Assembly: GCA_965208675.1 (NCBI GenBank)
Contig: OZ242351.1
Location: 896,001-960,000 of the forward strand
Reading direction: 5' to 3'
Source of the DNA: Candidatus Poribacteria bacterium
GTDB taxonomy: Bacteria; Poribacteria; WGA-4E; PCPOR2b
Length of the DNA: 64,000 nt
Shown: piece after piece, positions 50,942 to 60,619 of the stretch
How positions within the stretch are numbered: position 1 is the stretch's first letter
Layout: each line of letters begins with the position of its first letter
The notes under the pieces: model-generated
Told to the model about the DNA's origin: nothing
Databases searched by the model: none
Seen by the model: only the letters and a program-made list of their open reading frames with translations
Position numbers and translations under genes: made by a program

Positions 50942-51388
50942 TTGACTAAGCGTGATTGGGCACTTCTTGCTGTTGGGATTATCGTTATTGTCGTCATTAT
51001 TATTTCTATAGTTGCTGTTAAATCTTGTGGACAAACCCGTGGCGGGACTCCGCCACCCAAAACCGACCCAATTCCGATTACGCCTGAACCCACTCCTGTG
51101 GAACCACCTGCGACTTTGCACGTATCAGTTTCAATCAACGCTGTCCCGTGGGCAGAGGTTTTCATAAAAACCCCTGGAACAAACGAATTCGTAAAACCGG
51201 AATCGAAATTCTTCAAAATCAGACCTGAACCCAATGGAACGGATTCCAACATCACGCCAATACGGGGTGAATTAAGTGTACCTGCCGGCACGGAAATCAA
51301 GTTGATTTATGAAGGTAAAGCGGAAACCTTCCCTTACGAGTCTTGGAAGGAAACGAAGTCTATATCGCATGATTTTCTGGAGCGATGA
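50942..51388 (+). CDS. Membrane-anchored Pro-rich PEGA-like small protein
   Basis: One TM helix, PT/PE-rich linker, SINAVPWAEVFI PEGA-like motif; stop overlaps next start (ATGA). Confidence 0.65.
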   Translation: MTKRDWALLAVGIIVIVVIIISIVAVKSCGQTRGGTPPPKTDPIPITPEPTPVEPPATLHVSVSINAVPWAEVFIKTPGTNEFVKPESKFFKIRPEPNGTDSNITPIRGELSVPAGTEIKLIYEGKAETFPYESWKETKSISHDFLER

Positions 51389-53856
51389 CGTATTGCTCCA
51401 AGGACGCCGTTAGTAAATTTCTTGTGATTCCCAAGATGAGATTAACCGTCGTTTTCAGGTATTTGATGTTTTTAGTGGTCTGTAGAATCGCCGTTGCAGA
51501 TACTCCAACACCCGAACAGATTGCTAAAAGCGCGTTGGACGCTACTGTGCTCATTACTATGGTAGATGCCAGCGGCAAGGTAGCGCCGCGAGGCAGCGGA
51601 TTCTTTGTGCAACGAAATCTAATTGCAACCAATTTCCATCTGATTAACGAATTGACTAAAGGTGGAGCAAGAAACGTCGGTCAGGAAACGACTTACCCCG
51701 TAGAGAAAATTAGCGTTGCGGATGAAAAACACGATCTAGCAATTTTACAGGTGTCGGCACCCGGAATTGAACCGCTTCCGATTGGCGACAGTGAGTTAGT
51801 GGTGGTGGGAGATCGAATTTATGTAGTTGGCAATCCGCTAGGTGTCCTTGAAGGTACGTTCTCTGACGGGATTATCAGTGCGATTCAAGAGGTGGATGGC
51901 GTAAAGCTATTTCAAGTTTCTGCGCCAATTTTAGAGGGTAACAGCGGCGGCCCAGTGCTAAACGCCCAAGGCGAAGTTATAGGCGTTTCACAGGGAATCA
52001 TCCCAGCCGGAGAGAACCTCAATTTTGCAATTCATTCAATCTATCTTAAAGCGCTCGTCAATCAATTGGGACAAAAGACGCTTCAAAGCGGTATTGAACT
52101 ATATGAAGCCTCTCAATTTGAGGAGGCAATGAAATCTCTGGAGTCCGCACTGAACGTACTTTCCGACCCGCTAAAGCGCGCCATAGCCCATCTGTACCTT
52201 GGGTGTTCTAAACGAGGGTTTGGCGAATCCGATCGCAGCGTGAGTGCGGAGTTTCGAGAAGCGCTTCGCCACAATCCAAATCAAGCATTGCCACCGCGGA
52301 TAGGAGCAGATCACCCGGTTTTTAAACTGCTGCTTGAAAAAGTTCGCTCTGAGTCAACGGGGGAGTTGACAGTTACCTGTTCACTTCTCCAAACAGAAAT
52401 CTGGATTGACGGGAACGATATTGACAGGAAATTGATAGGCACCGGAACTTCTACCGTCCGACTATTTGTGGGCGGCTACATCGCGGAGGGGGTTTTGCAA
52501 GGAGTTTCCCAAAAGGAATCTTTCACTATAATTCCTGGTGGGCACAAGATAATCTATTTGGAACTGCCGCCAATTTTAAGACATAAACCCCCTGGTAGAG
52601 CGCTCGTCGGTGAGATTATCCCTCTTTCTTTGGATATAATCTGTCGCGATAAGCCAAATCATGTTCAGATTCACTTCATCCTCTACGACAGAAACGGGCA
52701 AGAAATAAACCGGGGAAATCAGGATATGCTTCTGCAGAACGAGCAACCCACGGAGTCCACATGGATTTACCGCTCGGATTTGCCACCGCAAAACACTGTT
52801 GGTAAAATGTCATATTTCATCGTGGCTGATGAAGCTAGGTCCCCGAACGAGCAACACCATGAAATCAATATTGTTGACGAAAATTTCCCACAAATCGTTG
52901 TGCTAGAACCACATGAATCCACCGAATTCACTGTCAACCAACCCATATCCGTTAGAGCAAGAGTAACTGATAATACCGCTGTAGATGAGGTTCGTCTTCA
53001 TTATGCTTTCTCGAATTCCGGCAGTTCAAAACCCTCGAGGGCAACTCCGTCTCAACCTTTGAAGAAGGATGCCTCAGACGACATATATTCCGGGCTAATC
53101 CCGCCCCAACAAAGCAGTCCCGGGTACATCTGGTATTATCTTACTGCGACCGATGAAGAAAAAAATGAGAGTAAGACAGATGAAAGAAGGATTGAAATTG
53201 TAAATGCAGGACGAAATGTTCCCTCTCCTAAGCCGAAAGATTCGAAGGAAACCGATACCACATATCCATTTCGCCAGGGGATCTGGGTGAGTCATGGATG
53301 GTCAGAGAACATACATGACAATGGCGAGTATGTTTCACAATGGGATAGAGGTGATATTCTCAGTTTCAGTTACCTGAGTGAAGGTAAAGGCCATCGCACG
53401 CTCGGGGTACAACTAGATTTTTCATATCACATTCCCGCCAATACTAGCGCGACAGTGCAGTGGTGGCCCGCGATAAAACAAAGTTCCGTCGGGTTTGCTT
53501 TATTGGGGGGAGTGGCGCGATACAGCGATGACGACTCTGCTCGCATTCAGTCAAGTTTGAATGGGTCAGCGACCGCAGATGGAGCAAATCACATTTCACC
53601 GTTTCTCGGCGCAAGTTTGAAATTCTTCCCGATGGACACCGTCACATTTGACGGTGCTATTTCGGCTAAACTTAGGCCGGCGGACTCATTTTCTGGCGAG
53701 GAATCAGATTCTTTCGCGAAATATCTACACCACTACGAATTTGGAACTCGGATTTATATTACTCCTGCGTTGAATCTGAAGCTCAGCTACGGAAAATGGT
53801 TTCTAGGAGAACGTGGTAGCACGACAGTGCAGGTTGGACTCGGTGTTACGTTCTGA
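51385..53856 (+). CDS. Secreted trypsin-like protease + TPR-like + PEGA-like + Ig-like + C-terminal OM beta-barrel (paralogue of 47010)
   Basis: TNFH/HDLAIL/GNSGGP triad; shared AHLYLGCS...LPPRIG.DHPVF block; ends TVQVGLGVTF. Confidence 0.85.
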   Translation: MTYCSKDAVSKFLVIPKMRLTVVFRYLMFLVVCRIAVADTPTPEQIAKSALDATVLITMVDASGKVAPRGSGFFVQRNLIATNFHLINELTKGGARNVGQETTYPVEKISVADEKHDLAILQVSAPGIEPLPIGDSELVVVGDRIYVVGNPLGVLEGTFSDGIISAIQEVDGVKLFQVSAPILEGNSGGPVLNAQGEVIGVSQGIIPAGENLNFAIHSIYLKALVNQLGQKTLQSGIELYEASQFEEAMKSLESALNVLSDPLKRAIAHLYLGCSKRGFGESDRSVSAEFREALRHNPNQALPPRIGADHPVFKLLLEKVRSESTGELTVTCSLLQTEIWIDGNDIDRKLIGTGTSTVRLFVGGYIAEGVLQGVSQKESFTIIPGGHKIIYLELPPILRHKPPGRALVGEIIPLSLDIICRDKPNHVQIHFILYDRNGQEINRGNQDMLLQNEQPTESTWIYRSDLPPQNTVGKMSYFIVADEARSPNEQHHEINIVDENFPQIVVLEPHESTEFTVNQPISVRARVTDNTAVDEVRLHYAFSNSGSSKPSRATPSQPLKKDASDDIYSGLIPPQQSSPGYIWYYLTATDEEKNESKTDERRIEIVNAGRNVPSPKPKDSKETDTTYPFRQGIWVSHGWSENIHDNGEYVSQWDRGDILSFSYLSEGKGHRTLGVQLDFSYHIPANTSATVQWWPAIKQSSVGFALLGGVARYSDDDSARIQSSLNGSATADGANHISPFLGASLKFFPMDTVTFDGAISAKLRPADSFSGEESDSFAKYLHHYEFGTRIYITPALNLKLSYGKWFLGERGSTTVQVGLGVTF

Positions 53857-54420
53857 GCTTGATTTTTCGGGAAATGTCGAATTATTCTTAATAGGACTAC
53901 ATCAAACATTTCGCGACAACCTTGACACCCATTTAACCTTGTCGTTACTCTGTTTGAGATTTAAACGGAGACTCGAGCCATACTACTTGACCATTTCCTC
54001 TTCGGCAGTCGCCCTTATATCACGGCGTTTGACGGTTTTCCGCCACAGTAAATAATGGGTTCTCCTCTCGGGCCATTTGCCGAGTCACTTGCAATCGATC
54101 AAGGGGACTAAGCTAGGAATCTTGGCGGACTTAGTAATCGAATGAAATACATTTTGTGGCAGTAAGGTGAAAACACCGCCGGCCTGGAAGTTGACCATGC
54201 TGTTTTCAATCAATCCTAATACAATCCGAAACTACAGCAGACGATTAATTTACCTTGATTAAATGGCGCAAATTGAGATCGTGTAAACTGATTTCAAATG
54301 TTTATCACCCTGAAATTATCAAACTAGGCTTGAAATGGAAAATACTGTAGGAATGCTGCATGCTTTGAGGCCAAACTACGGGCAGTCAACTTTATTTTGT
54401 CAGTGAAGGATTTATCTACT

Positions 54421-55824
54421 ATGATTAATAGGATTCAATGGTTTGTAGCAAGTTTAAGTTTATTTTGGATTACTTGTAATTTAGCTTTCGCTGCAAGGGA
54501 AGTGTCTGAAGAAGCCAAAATCTTCCGTGCAACCAGAGATGCGGTTTTTACAATCTACGGAGACAGAGGGCAAGGGAGCGGTTTCTTGGTAGACAAAGCT
54601 GGGTTAATCCTAACGAATTCCCATGTGATTTCCTCTTCTAACCGCATTTCAGCGCAGCTTAGTCCCAAAACTCGCGTCCCCGCTACTCTTCTAGTAGAAG
54701 ACAAACAGAAGGATATTGCTGTTCTGCGGATTGCCCCGGAAGTCGTAACTGACCTGCCAATCCTTAAAATTGCCGACAGACCGGCTGCCGAACTTGCATT
54801 CGAGGGCGAGAGAGTTATCGCCATAGGCAGTCCTCTAAACCAGATCCGTATTCTCACATCTGGCATCGTGAGTAAAGTTGAGGAACGCGCCATTATTTCA
54901 GATGTGAACATTAACTACGGAAATTCCGGCGGACCTTTAATTAACATGGATTCCGAAGCTATAGCTATCAACACCTTCGGGGACTTTCCATCAAGAGGCG
55001 GGCCCGGAGTTTCAGGCAGCGTTTCAATTTCTCTCGCTTTGCCTCTACTTGACCGAGCCCGCGGCAAAATCCATGAAAAACCGCCACCTTCCACCCTTTT
55101 ACCGGTTATTCCTGAAAACCCTTTTCCGATAGAAGGATTGAAATGGGCATCCGAACGGTGTGGCAAAGCCTCCAACTATACGCTAAAAGCACCGGGTTTC
55201 AATATAGAGATTCTAACTCCGACGCGCCGTTATTTTCTTACAAAGATCTCAGAGGGGCCTCTTACTGAGAAACGTCGGCGTAGGGAAGTTACTGCAGGTG
55301 TTGATCCCTCAGAAATGTACGATCCTTTAGGAGACCTTCTAAGGGAATGGGCCGAGTATGCGGGAATGTACAGCCCACTTGTGGAAATTCATGTACAGCC
55401 AGACGTTGGCGAAACTACCGGTAGCTTGCTACTAAATATACTTGGAGCAGCCGCCGCGGGGTACTCCGGCAACTATTACCTCGGTTCGTCGACTTACGAA
55501 TTTAAATCAGATTTGCAGGACCTTGAGCTATTGGATGGCAGTGAGGTTGTCCCGGCGGTGCTCAGGGGTATGCGGATGATGCCTGTTTCTATCTCTGAAA
55601 GATTCAGAAAGATGGAAGATATTGCGCAAAGAGGCGTGTTCATGTTTTTGCCGGAGGTGTTTAAATCTAGGAATCTTCAATTAAAGATTCTCGATCTAAA
55701 AAAACCGGGGCAGGTCATTAATGTTCCTATTCCACACGCTTGTCGCGAGCAAATCTTGGCAGATTTTGAACCGTATATAGACATGCAAAAGGCTACGGAA
55801 GCAAGACTCCGACTCATGAGATAG
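54421..55824 (+). CDS. Secreted trypsin-like (S1C/HtrA-type, no PDZ) serine protease with unknown C-terminal domain
   Basis: Signal peptide ending AFA; TNSH/KDIAVL/GNSGGP triad. Confidence 0.85.
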   Translation: MINRIQWFVASLSLFWITCNLAFAAREVSEEAKIFRATRDAVFTIYGDRGQGSGFLVDKAGLILTNSHVISSSNRISAQLSPKTRVPATLLVEDKQKDIAVLRIAPEVVTDLPILKIADRPAAELAFEGERVIAIGSPLNQIRILTSGIVSKVEERAIISDVNINYGNSGGPLINMDSEAIAINTFGDFPSRGGPGVSGSVSISLALPLLDRARGKIHEKPPPSTLLPVIPENPFPIEGLKWASERCGKASNYTLKAPGFNIEILTPTRRYFLTKISEGPLTEKRRRREVTAGVDPSEMYDPLGDLLREWAEYAGMYSPLVEIHVQPDVGETTGSLLLNILGAAAAGYSGNYYLGSSTYEFKSDLQDLELLDGSEVVPAVLRGMRMMPVSISERFRKMEDIAQRGVFMFLPEVFKSRNLQLKILDLKKPGQVINVPIPHACREQILADFEPYIDMQKATEARLRLMR

Positions 55825-55851
55825 CATTAAGATCGCAAGAGTGGATTTCAA

Positions 55852-56205
55852 ATGAACTACTATTCGAGATCCTTGCAGGAATATCAACAATGGGTTTTTG
55901 TATTAATCGCTGTGTGGCTCGCTGTATTCTTTCTAGGTTGTACAGTGCCTTATACCTATACATATGCAGGCCACTCTACATTTACAGAAGAAAATACGAA
56001 CCGGCTATATACCGGAATGAGATCAGACGAAGTTAGGGAACTTTTCGGCACTCCTGACAAGACGTATGACGCTTCCTTTGGTAAAAAGGTCGGGGAGCCA
56101 TGGACCGGTCGAGTTTGGCTGTATTTTACGAAGAGGGATCTCAATTCCAAACATGTAAAACGGTACAAAAAGAATCTGTTTGTGTTTTATCCACCCGGCG
56201 ATTAA
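55852..56205 (+). CDS. BamE/SmpA-like small lipoprotein, possibly truncated by a premature TAA
   Basis: Lipobox FLGC; L.TGM.S.EV.ELFGTP...W.Y pattern; frame continues MKLNHWIIEK after the TAA. Confidence 0.6.
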   Translation: MNYYSRSLQEYQQWVFVLIAVWLAVFFLGCTVPYTYTYAGHSTFTEENTNRLYTGMRSDEVRELFGTPDKTYDASFGKKVGEPWTGRVWLYFTKRDLNSKHVKRYKKNLFVFYPPGD

Positions 56206-56295
56206 ATGAAGCTCAATCATTGGATCATTGAAAAATAGCGCAAAAATTTCTACGGTCAATCCTACTTTCGCAGGCATTATGGATGTTTCAATTCA

Positions 56296-56652
56296 AGCGC
56301 CTCAGCCGCACCGGACAAACCCACACCCGAGAATCTACCGCCGCATACAACACAGAATCTGAAAATCATGTAAACTTCGTTGAACTTTTTAAACTTTTGT
56401 AAACTTTTCGCGAGTTATGTCTCATCAAATCAACCGCAATAGAACTTGAAATTCTCAAAATACCGCTCCTTTTTGCTAGCATTTACGGCGATCTGCAAAC
56501 AGGCAGCGGCTCACCTGCGCCGGACATACCCGCACCTGAGAATCTACCGCCGCATGCAGCATAGAAACTGGAAATCATGTAAACTTTGTTAAATTTTGTA
56601 AACTTTTGTAAACTTTTCACGAGTAAGTCTCATCAATTCTGCAACATAGAAC
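56296..56652. repeat. Two ~150-bp direct repeats (209-bp period), each with four ~10-bp GTAAACTTTT-like units
   Basis: Shared GAGAATCTACCGCCGCAT, AAATCATGTAAACTT, TAAACTTTTGTAAACTTTTC, GTCTCATCAA, ATAGAAC. Confidence 0.85.
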
Positions 56653-56835
56653 ATGGCACACGCCTAATCATCTTGGCATATAATCTTTCGCCGGATAGGA
56701 GATTTTTTTTTGTTAGAAACATTCATACCACCCGGTGCATCTATCCGTAAAACCTGCAGCACACAGTCCACTTAACCAAAGTTTCGCTTATACCCCAGAA
56801 CATGATCCAATTCTCATTTAAAGAGGGAGTGCGAT

Positions 56836-57321
56836 ATGACTAAATTTGTTAGAATGCTTTCAGCGTTCGCGGCTATAGCCGTTGTCATGCTTATTTTCAT
56901 CGTCACTCTTATACACAGCGACTCCTTTGTGCGTCCAACTTCATCTACGCCCGAGAGTGTTGAAGTTGATGCGGCAGAACAATCGCCAAACAATCTAGGA
57001 TTGTCTTCAAACGTGGACTTTCTGTTTGAGAGACCTAGATGGTTGCCGGGTGGGGTGATTCAAATTATACCAACTGTAGGTGTGGATTTTGGGTTTATTC
57101 GACCAATCGCATCTGGGTATGCGGTCGGAAGGTCATTCATGGTCGGTACGAGTACCACCCTTTCCGATGAAGAGTTAGGTTATAGCACAAAACATCGCGT
57201 TTCTTTTGAAACGGGAATGCGCGTGTACTTATCCCCTACGCAGTATGTGTTGATCACTTGCGGCAGACGGTACGAAAAGAATAGCGTCACGACAAACTTT
57301 AAGACTGCGTTGCGGCTTTAA
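56836..57321 (+). CDS. Hypothetical exported protein resembling the last strands of the neighbouring protease barrels
   Basis: GGGAG RBS; N-terminal hydrophobic segment; FETGMRVYLSP resembles YEVGVRLYIAP and YEFGTRIYITP. Confidence 0.6.
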   Translation: MTKFVRMLSAFAAIAVVMLIFIVTLIHSDSFVRPTSSTPESVEVDAAEQSPNNLGLSSNVDFLFERPRWLPGGVIQIIPTVGVDFGFIRPIASGYAVGRSFMVGTSTTLSDEELGYSTKHRVSFETGMRVYLSPTQYVLITCGRRYEKNSVTTNFKTALRL

Positions 57322-57370
57322 TGTTGGCGCGCTCCCAATTAGATGACAACGGTGCAATGACGATGCGTTA

Positions 57371-58582
57371 TTGGAAAGCATTCAGATAATTGTGCGAGGT
57401 TCCAGAGCAAATATAACCAAGTTCTATATCAGCTCAGCGCTCGGCGGCTTTACGTTATTTCACGGCGTGTTGGGCTTTTACATGCGGCAGATTGGGTTTT
57501 CGTACACTCAAATCTTATTTTTAGCCGCTCTGTACGAAATATTGGTATTTCTCTTGGAAATACCGACTGGCGTATTTGCTGACCGGTTCGGGCTTAAAAA
57601 GTGCGCAGTTCTAGGGCACTTCATCTCTGCCGCAAGTTGTTTTCCGATTGCACTGTTCTCGACATCTTACAGCGTATTCCTTCTTTGCCGTGTATTGTCC
57701 GCGATTTGCACGACTCTGAATTCCGGATCGGTAGAGGCGCTGCAATTCGAGTCTCTGCGAGACATTTCGCGCGAAGCAGAATACGCAAAGTTGCGAGGCA
57801 GATTAGCGGCAATCGGCGGGTTGTCAATGCCGGTTGGGGCTTTTATTGGCGGTATTCTCTGCGAAAATATTGGATTTGGAAAAGTAGCCGCGCTCGGAGG
57901 GTTAATAGGGCTGTTTACTACAGCAGTATTTGTTAGTATGAGCGAACCAGAGGGAGTTCAACTAGCACGCGAAAAATCCACATCTCAAAACATCTTGAAA
58001 GGGATAAGCGAAAACTTTCGGTTCATTAAAAGGGATAGGGAATTGACCGGTATTATCATCGCCGGATCGATAGTTTATGCAGCGTATCTTCTAATAAATG
58101 AATATTCGCAGCCGTCGCTGGAAGAGGTAGGAATACAGTCGTATCGAATTGTTGGCCTGGTTAGTGGAACCTTCATGGTGGTTTTCGCTGTTGTCTCATG
58201 GTGGGCGGGATATTTGACGCAACGCATCGGGGCGAAAGGCATTTTTGTCTGGTTGTCTGGCGTGCCAATTTTGAGTTTAATTGGCTTGGGAAGACTTAAC
58301 GGCATCACACTTTTAGCACCGCTCTATCTCTCCAGATTGGGCGAAGGCGTTGCGGAGCCTGTCATTTCAAACCGGTTGCTTCAGAAAAGCCCAGCGGGAA
58401 GAAGCGCAACACTCCTTTCCACGCATAGCCTTCTTACATCGCTGGTGTTTTCCATATGGAGCATGGCGAGCGGGTTTGGTCTGGACAACGTTGGTCGTTT
58501 TTTCACATTTTCTGCAGGTGCCGCCTTCGCGCTTATAATATTGCTGTGGAGCGGGCGGTGGGTGGTAAAAACTAACGACTAG
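57371..58582 (+). CDS. MFS transporter
   Basis: LEIPTGVFADRFGLK motif A; about 12 TM helices. Confidence 0.9.
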   Translation: MESIQIIVRGSRANITKFYISSALGGFTLFHGVLGFYMRQIGFSYTQILFLAALYEILVFLLEIPTGVFADRFGLKKCAVLGHFISAASCFPIALFSTSYSVFLLCRVLSAICTTLNSGSVEALQFESLRDISREAEYAKLRGRLAAIGGLSMPVGAFIGGILCENIGFGKVAALGGLIGLFTTAVFVSMSEPEGVQLAREKSTSQNILKGISENFRFIKRDRELTGIIIAGSIVYAAYLLINEYSQPSLEEVGIQSYRIVGLVSGTFMVVFAVVSWWAGYLTQRIGAKGIFVWLSGVPILSLIGLGRLNGITLLAPLYLSRLGEGVAEPVISNRLLQKSPAGRSATLLSTHSLLTSLVFSIWSMASGFGLDNVGRFFTFSAGAAFALIILLWSGRWVVKTND

Positions 58583-58652
58583 AACCCACTAAACCAAGTG
58601 TTGTCACGGGTTTTTTATTCCACGATGCCATTCCCATTTCAAGATTTACTCG

Positions 58653-58681
58653 TTGCAAAATAGCGGCGAAGATGTTATAGT
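58653..58681 (+). promoter_or_regulatory. Putative sigma70 promoter
   Basis: TTGCAA-17 bp-TATAGT with TG extended -10. Confidence 0.55.
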
Positions 58682-58756
58682 AAAAATTGCCCTCCAACCT
58701 TTCCAACTGAAACGCACCACCACGAACATGCGTGAGATACCGAACGGAGACGTTTG

Positions 58757-60619
58757 ATGAAATATCAGACCAAATTTCTCCCACTGTTGGTTGTCCTGCT
58801 GCTCTCGACCGTTAGCCACGCATCAACGCTGCGCGCACCCCCACTTGTACAAAAAGCGCTTACGTCAACTGTCGTCTTGGAGATTCGGAAAGAGGACGGG
58901 ACCAAATTAGGGCATGGTAGCGGTTTTTTCGTGGGACGCAACCTCATCGCCACTAACTTCCACGTCATTGACCGTGCAACTCAATGCAGTGCGAGGATTG
59001 TTAACACACGGACGGAATTTGAAATTGAAGGCGTAACCGCAATTGATGTTACAAACGATCTTGCGCTGCTTAAAGTTACGGCGTACGGCGTAACACCGCT
59101 CCCGCTTGGCGATAGCGACAGGGTTGATGTTGGCGAATCCGTTTATGTAGCCGGTAACCCGCAAGGCTTAGAAGGCAAATTCTCACACGGCGTCATCAGC
59201 GCTCGGTTCAAATTAGACGAGATAAATCGCTTTTATATGACTGCCGCGCTTTCGGGCGGCAATAGTGGGAGCCCCGTGCTCAACTCCAAAGGCGAAGTAA
59301 TCGGCATCGCTGTCGGACTCTCCTCTCCGGGCATTTCCATTTTCAATTTGCAAAACCGAAATGTTGCGATTCCATCAAACGTGCTTCAAAGTTTGCTCTC
59401 TCGGTCGGAGTGCGCAAAACCCCTGTCACATTTCAGGGAAGCTGCATCCGCTGAAATTTACGTCCAGCGAGGCAAAGACAAATTTGTTGACCGGAAGTAT
59501 AACGATGCAATTTCCGATTTCACTCACGCCATCCACCTCAATCCAAATTATGCCTTAGCATATAGCTATCGAGGACATGCCAAGCACGCGTTAGGGCTAC
59601 ACACCGCCGCAATTGATGACTACGACGTAGCAATTCGCATCAAGCCAAAGTACGCTTTGACCCTTTTCGGTCGAGCAGCTAGCAAGCACATATTAGGATT
59701 ACACACCGCCGCAATTGTCGATTTCGACCAAGCAATTCGCATAAAGCCAAATTACGCCATAGCCTATAGCAATCGAGGAAATGCAAAGCGTAAGTTAGGG
59801 TTGCACGCCGACGCAATTGTCGATTTCGACCAAGCCATACAACTCAATCCAGATTACGCCACAGCCTATTACAATCGAGGAAATGCAAAGTACAATTTAG
59901 GGTTGCACGCCGACGCAATTGTCGATTACGACCAAGCCATACAACTCAATCCAAAATACGCCGCAGGCTACAACAATCGAGGAAATGCAAAGCACAATTT
60001 AGGGTTGCACGCCGACGCAATTGTCGATTACGACCAAGCCATACAACTCAATCCAGATTACGACAAAGCCTATTACAATCGAGGAAATGCAAAGCACAAT
60101 TTAGGGTTGCACGCCGACGCAATTGTCGATTACGACCAAGCAATTCGCATCAAGCCAGATTACGACAAAGCCTATAATAATCGAGGATTGGCAAAGTACA
60201 AGTTAGAGCTACACACCGAAGCGATTGATGATTACGACCAAGCAATTCGCATCAAGCCAGATTACGACAAAGCCTATAATAATCGAGGATTGGCAAAGTA
60301 CAAGTTAGAGCTACACACCGAAGCGATTGATGATTACGACGAAGCCATCCGCATCAATCCAGATTACGACAAAGCCTACAAAATGCGCGGAGATGTCAAG
60401 AAAACGCTAGGATTGCACTCGGCGGCGATTGACGACTATGACACCGCCATCCGTCTTGACCCCGATGATGCCGAAGCCTATTACGATCGGGGCAAAGCCA
60501 AGCGCGAAATTTCACGATTTTTGGAGGCGGAGCAAGACTTCAGAACGGCTTTGAATCTCGCTAAACAAGCGGAAGATCAGAACCTTCAAAACAAAATTGA
60601 AGAGTATCTTAAGCAGTAG
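58757..60619 (+). CDS. Secreted trypsin-like serine protease with ~11 TPR repeats
   Basis: Signal peptide; TNFH/NDLALL/GNSGSP triad; AYxNRGxAK...AIxDYDQAI repeats. Confidence 0.92.
   Translation: MKYQTKFLPLLVVLLLSTVSHASTLRAPPLVQKALTSTVVLEIRKEDGTKLGHGSGFFVGRNLIATNFHVIDRATQCSARIVNTRTEFEIEGVTAIDVTNDLALLKVTAYGVTPLPLGDSDRVDVGESVYVAGNPQGLEGKFSHGVISARFKLDEINRFYMTAALSGGNSGSPVLNSKGEVIGIAVGLSSPGISIFNLQNRNVAIPSNVLQSLLSRSECAKPLSHFREAASAEIYVQRGKDKFVDRKYNDAISDFTHAIHLNPNYALAYSYRGHAKHALGLHTAAIDDYDVAIRIKPKYALTLFGRAASKHILGLHTAAIVDFDQAIRIKPNYAIAYSNRGNAKRKLGLHADAIVDFDQAIQLNPDYATAYYNRGNAKYNLGLHADAIVDYDQAIQLNPKYAAGYNNRGNAKHNLGLHADAIVDYDQAIQLNPDYDKAYYNRGNAKHNLGLHADAIVDYDQAIRIKPDYDKAYNNRGLAKYKLELHTEAIDDYDQAIRIKPDYDKAYNNRGLAKYKLELHTEAIDDYDEAIRINPDYDKAYKMRGDVKKTLGLHSAAIDDYDTAIRLDPDDAEAYYDRGKAKREISRFLEAEQDFRTALNLAKQAEDQNLQNKIEEYLKQ
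59690..60380 (+). repeat. Near-identical 102-bp intragenic tandem repeats (TPR-coding)
   Basis: AATCGAGG recurs at 59771, 59873, 59975, 60077, 60179, 60281. Confidence 0.92.

Noticed and set aside
56203-56205. Second recoding (Sec/Pyl) site
   Set aside because: Codon is TAA and no SECIS-like hairpin or redox motif is present
59690-60380. Diversity-generating retroelement TR/VR pair
   Set aside because: Repeats are in-frame tandem TPR units, differences are not confined to adenines, and no reverse transcriptase is in the window
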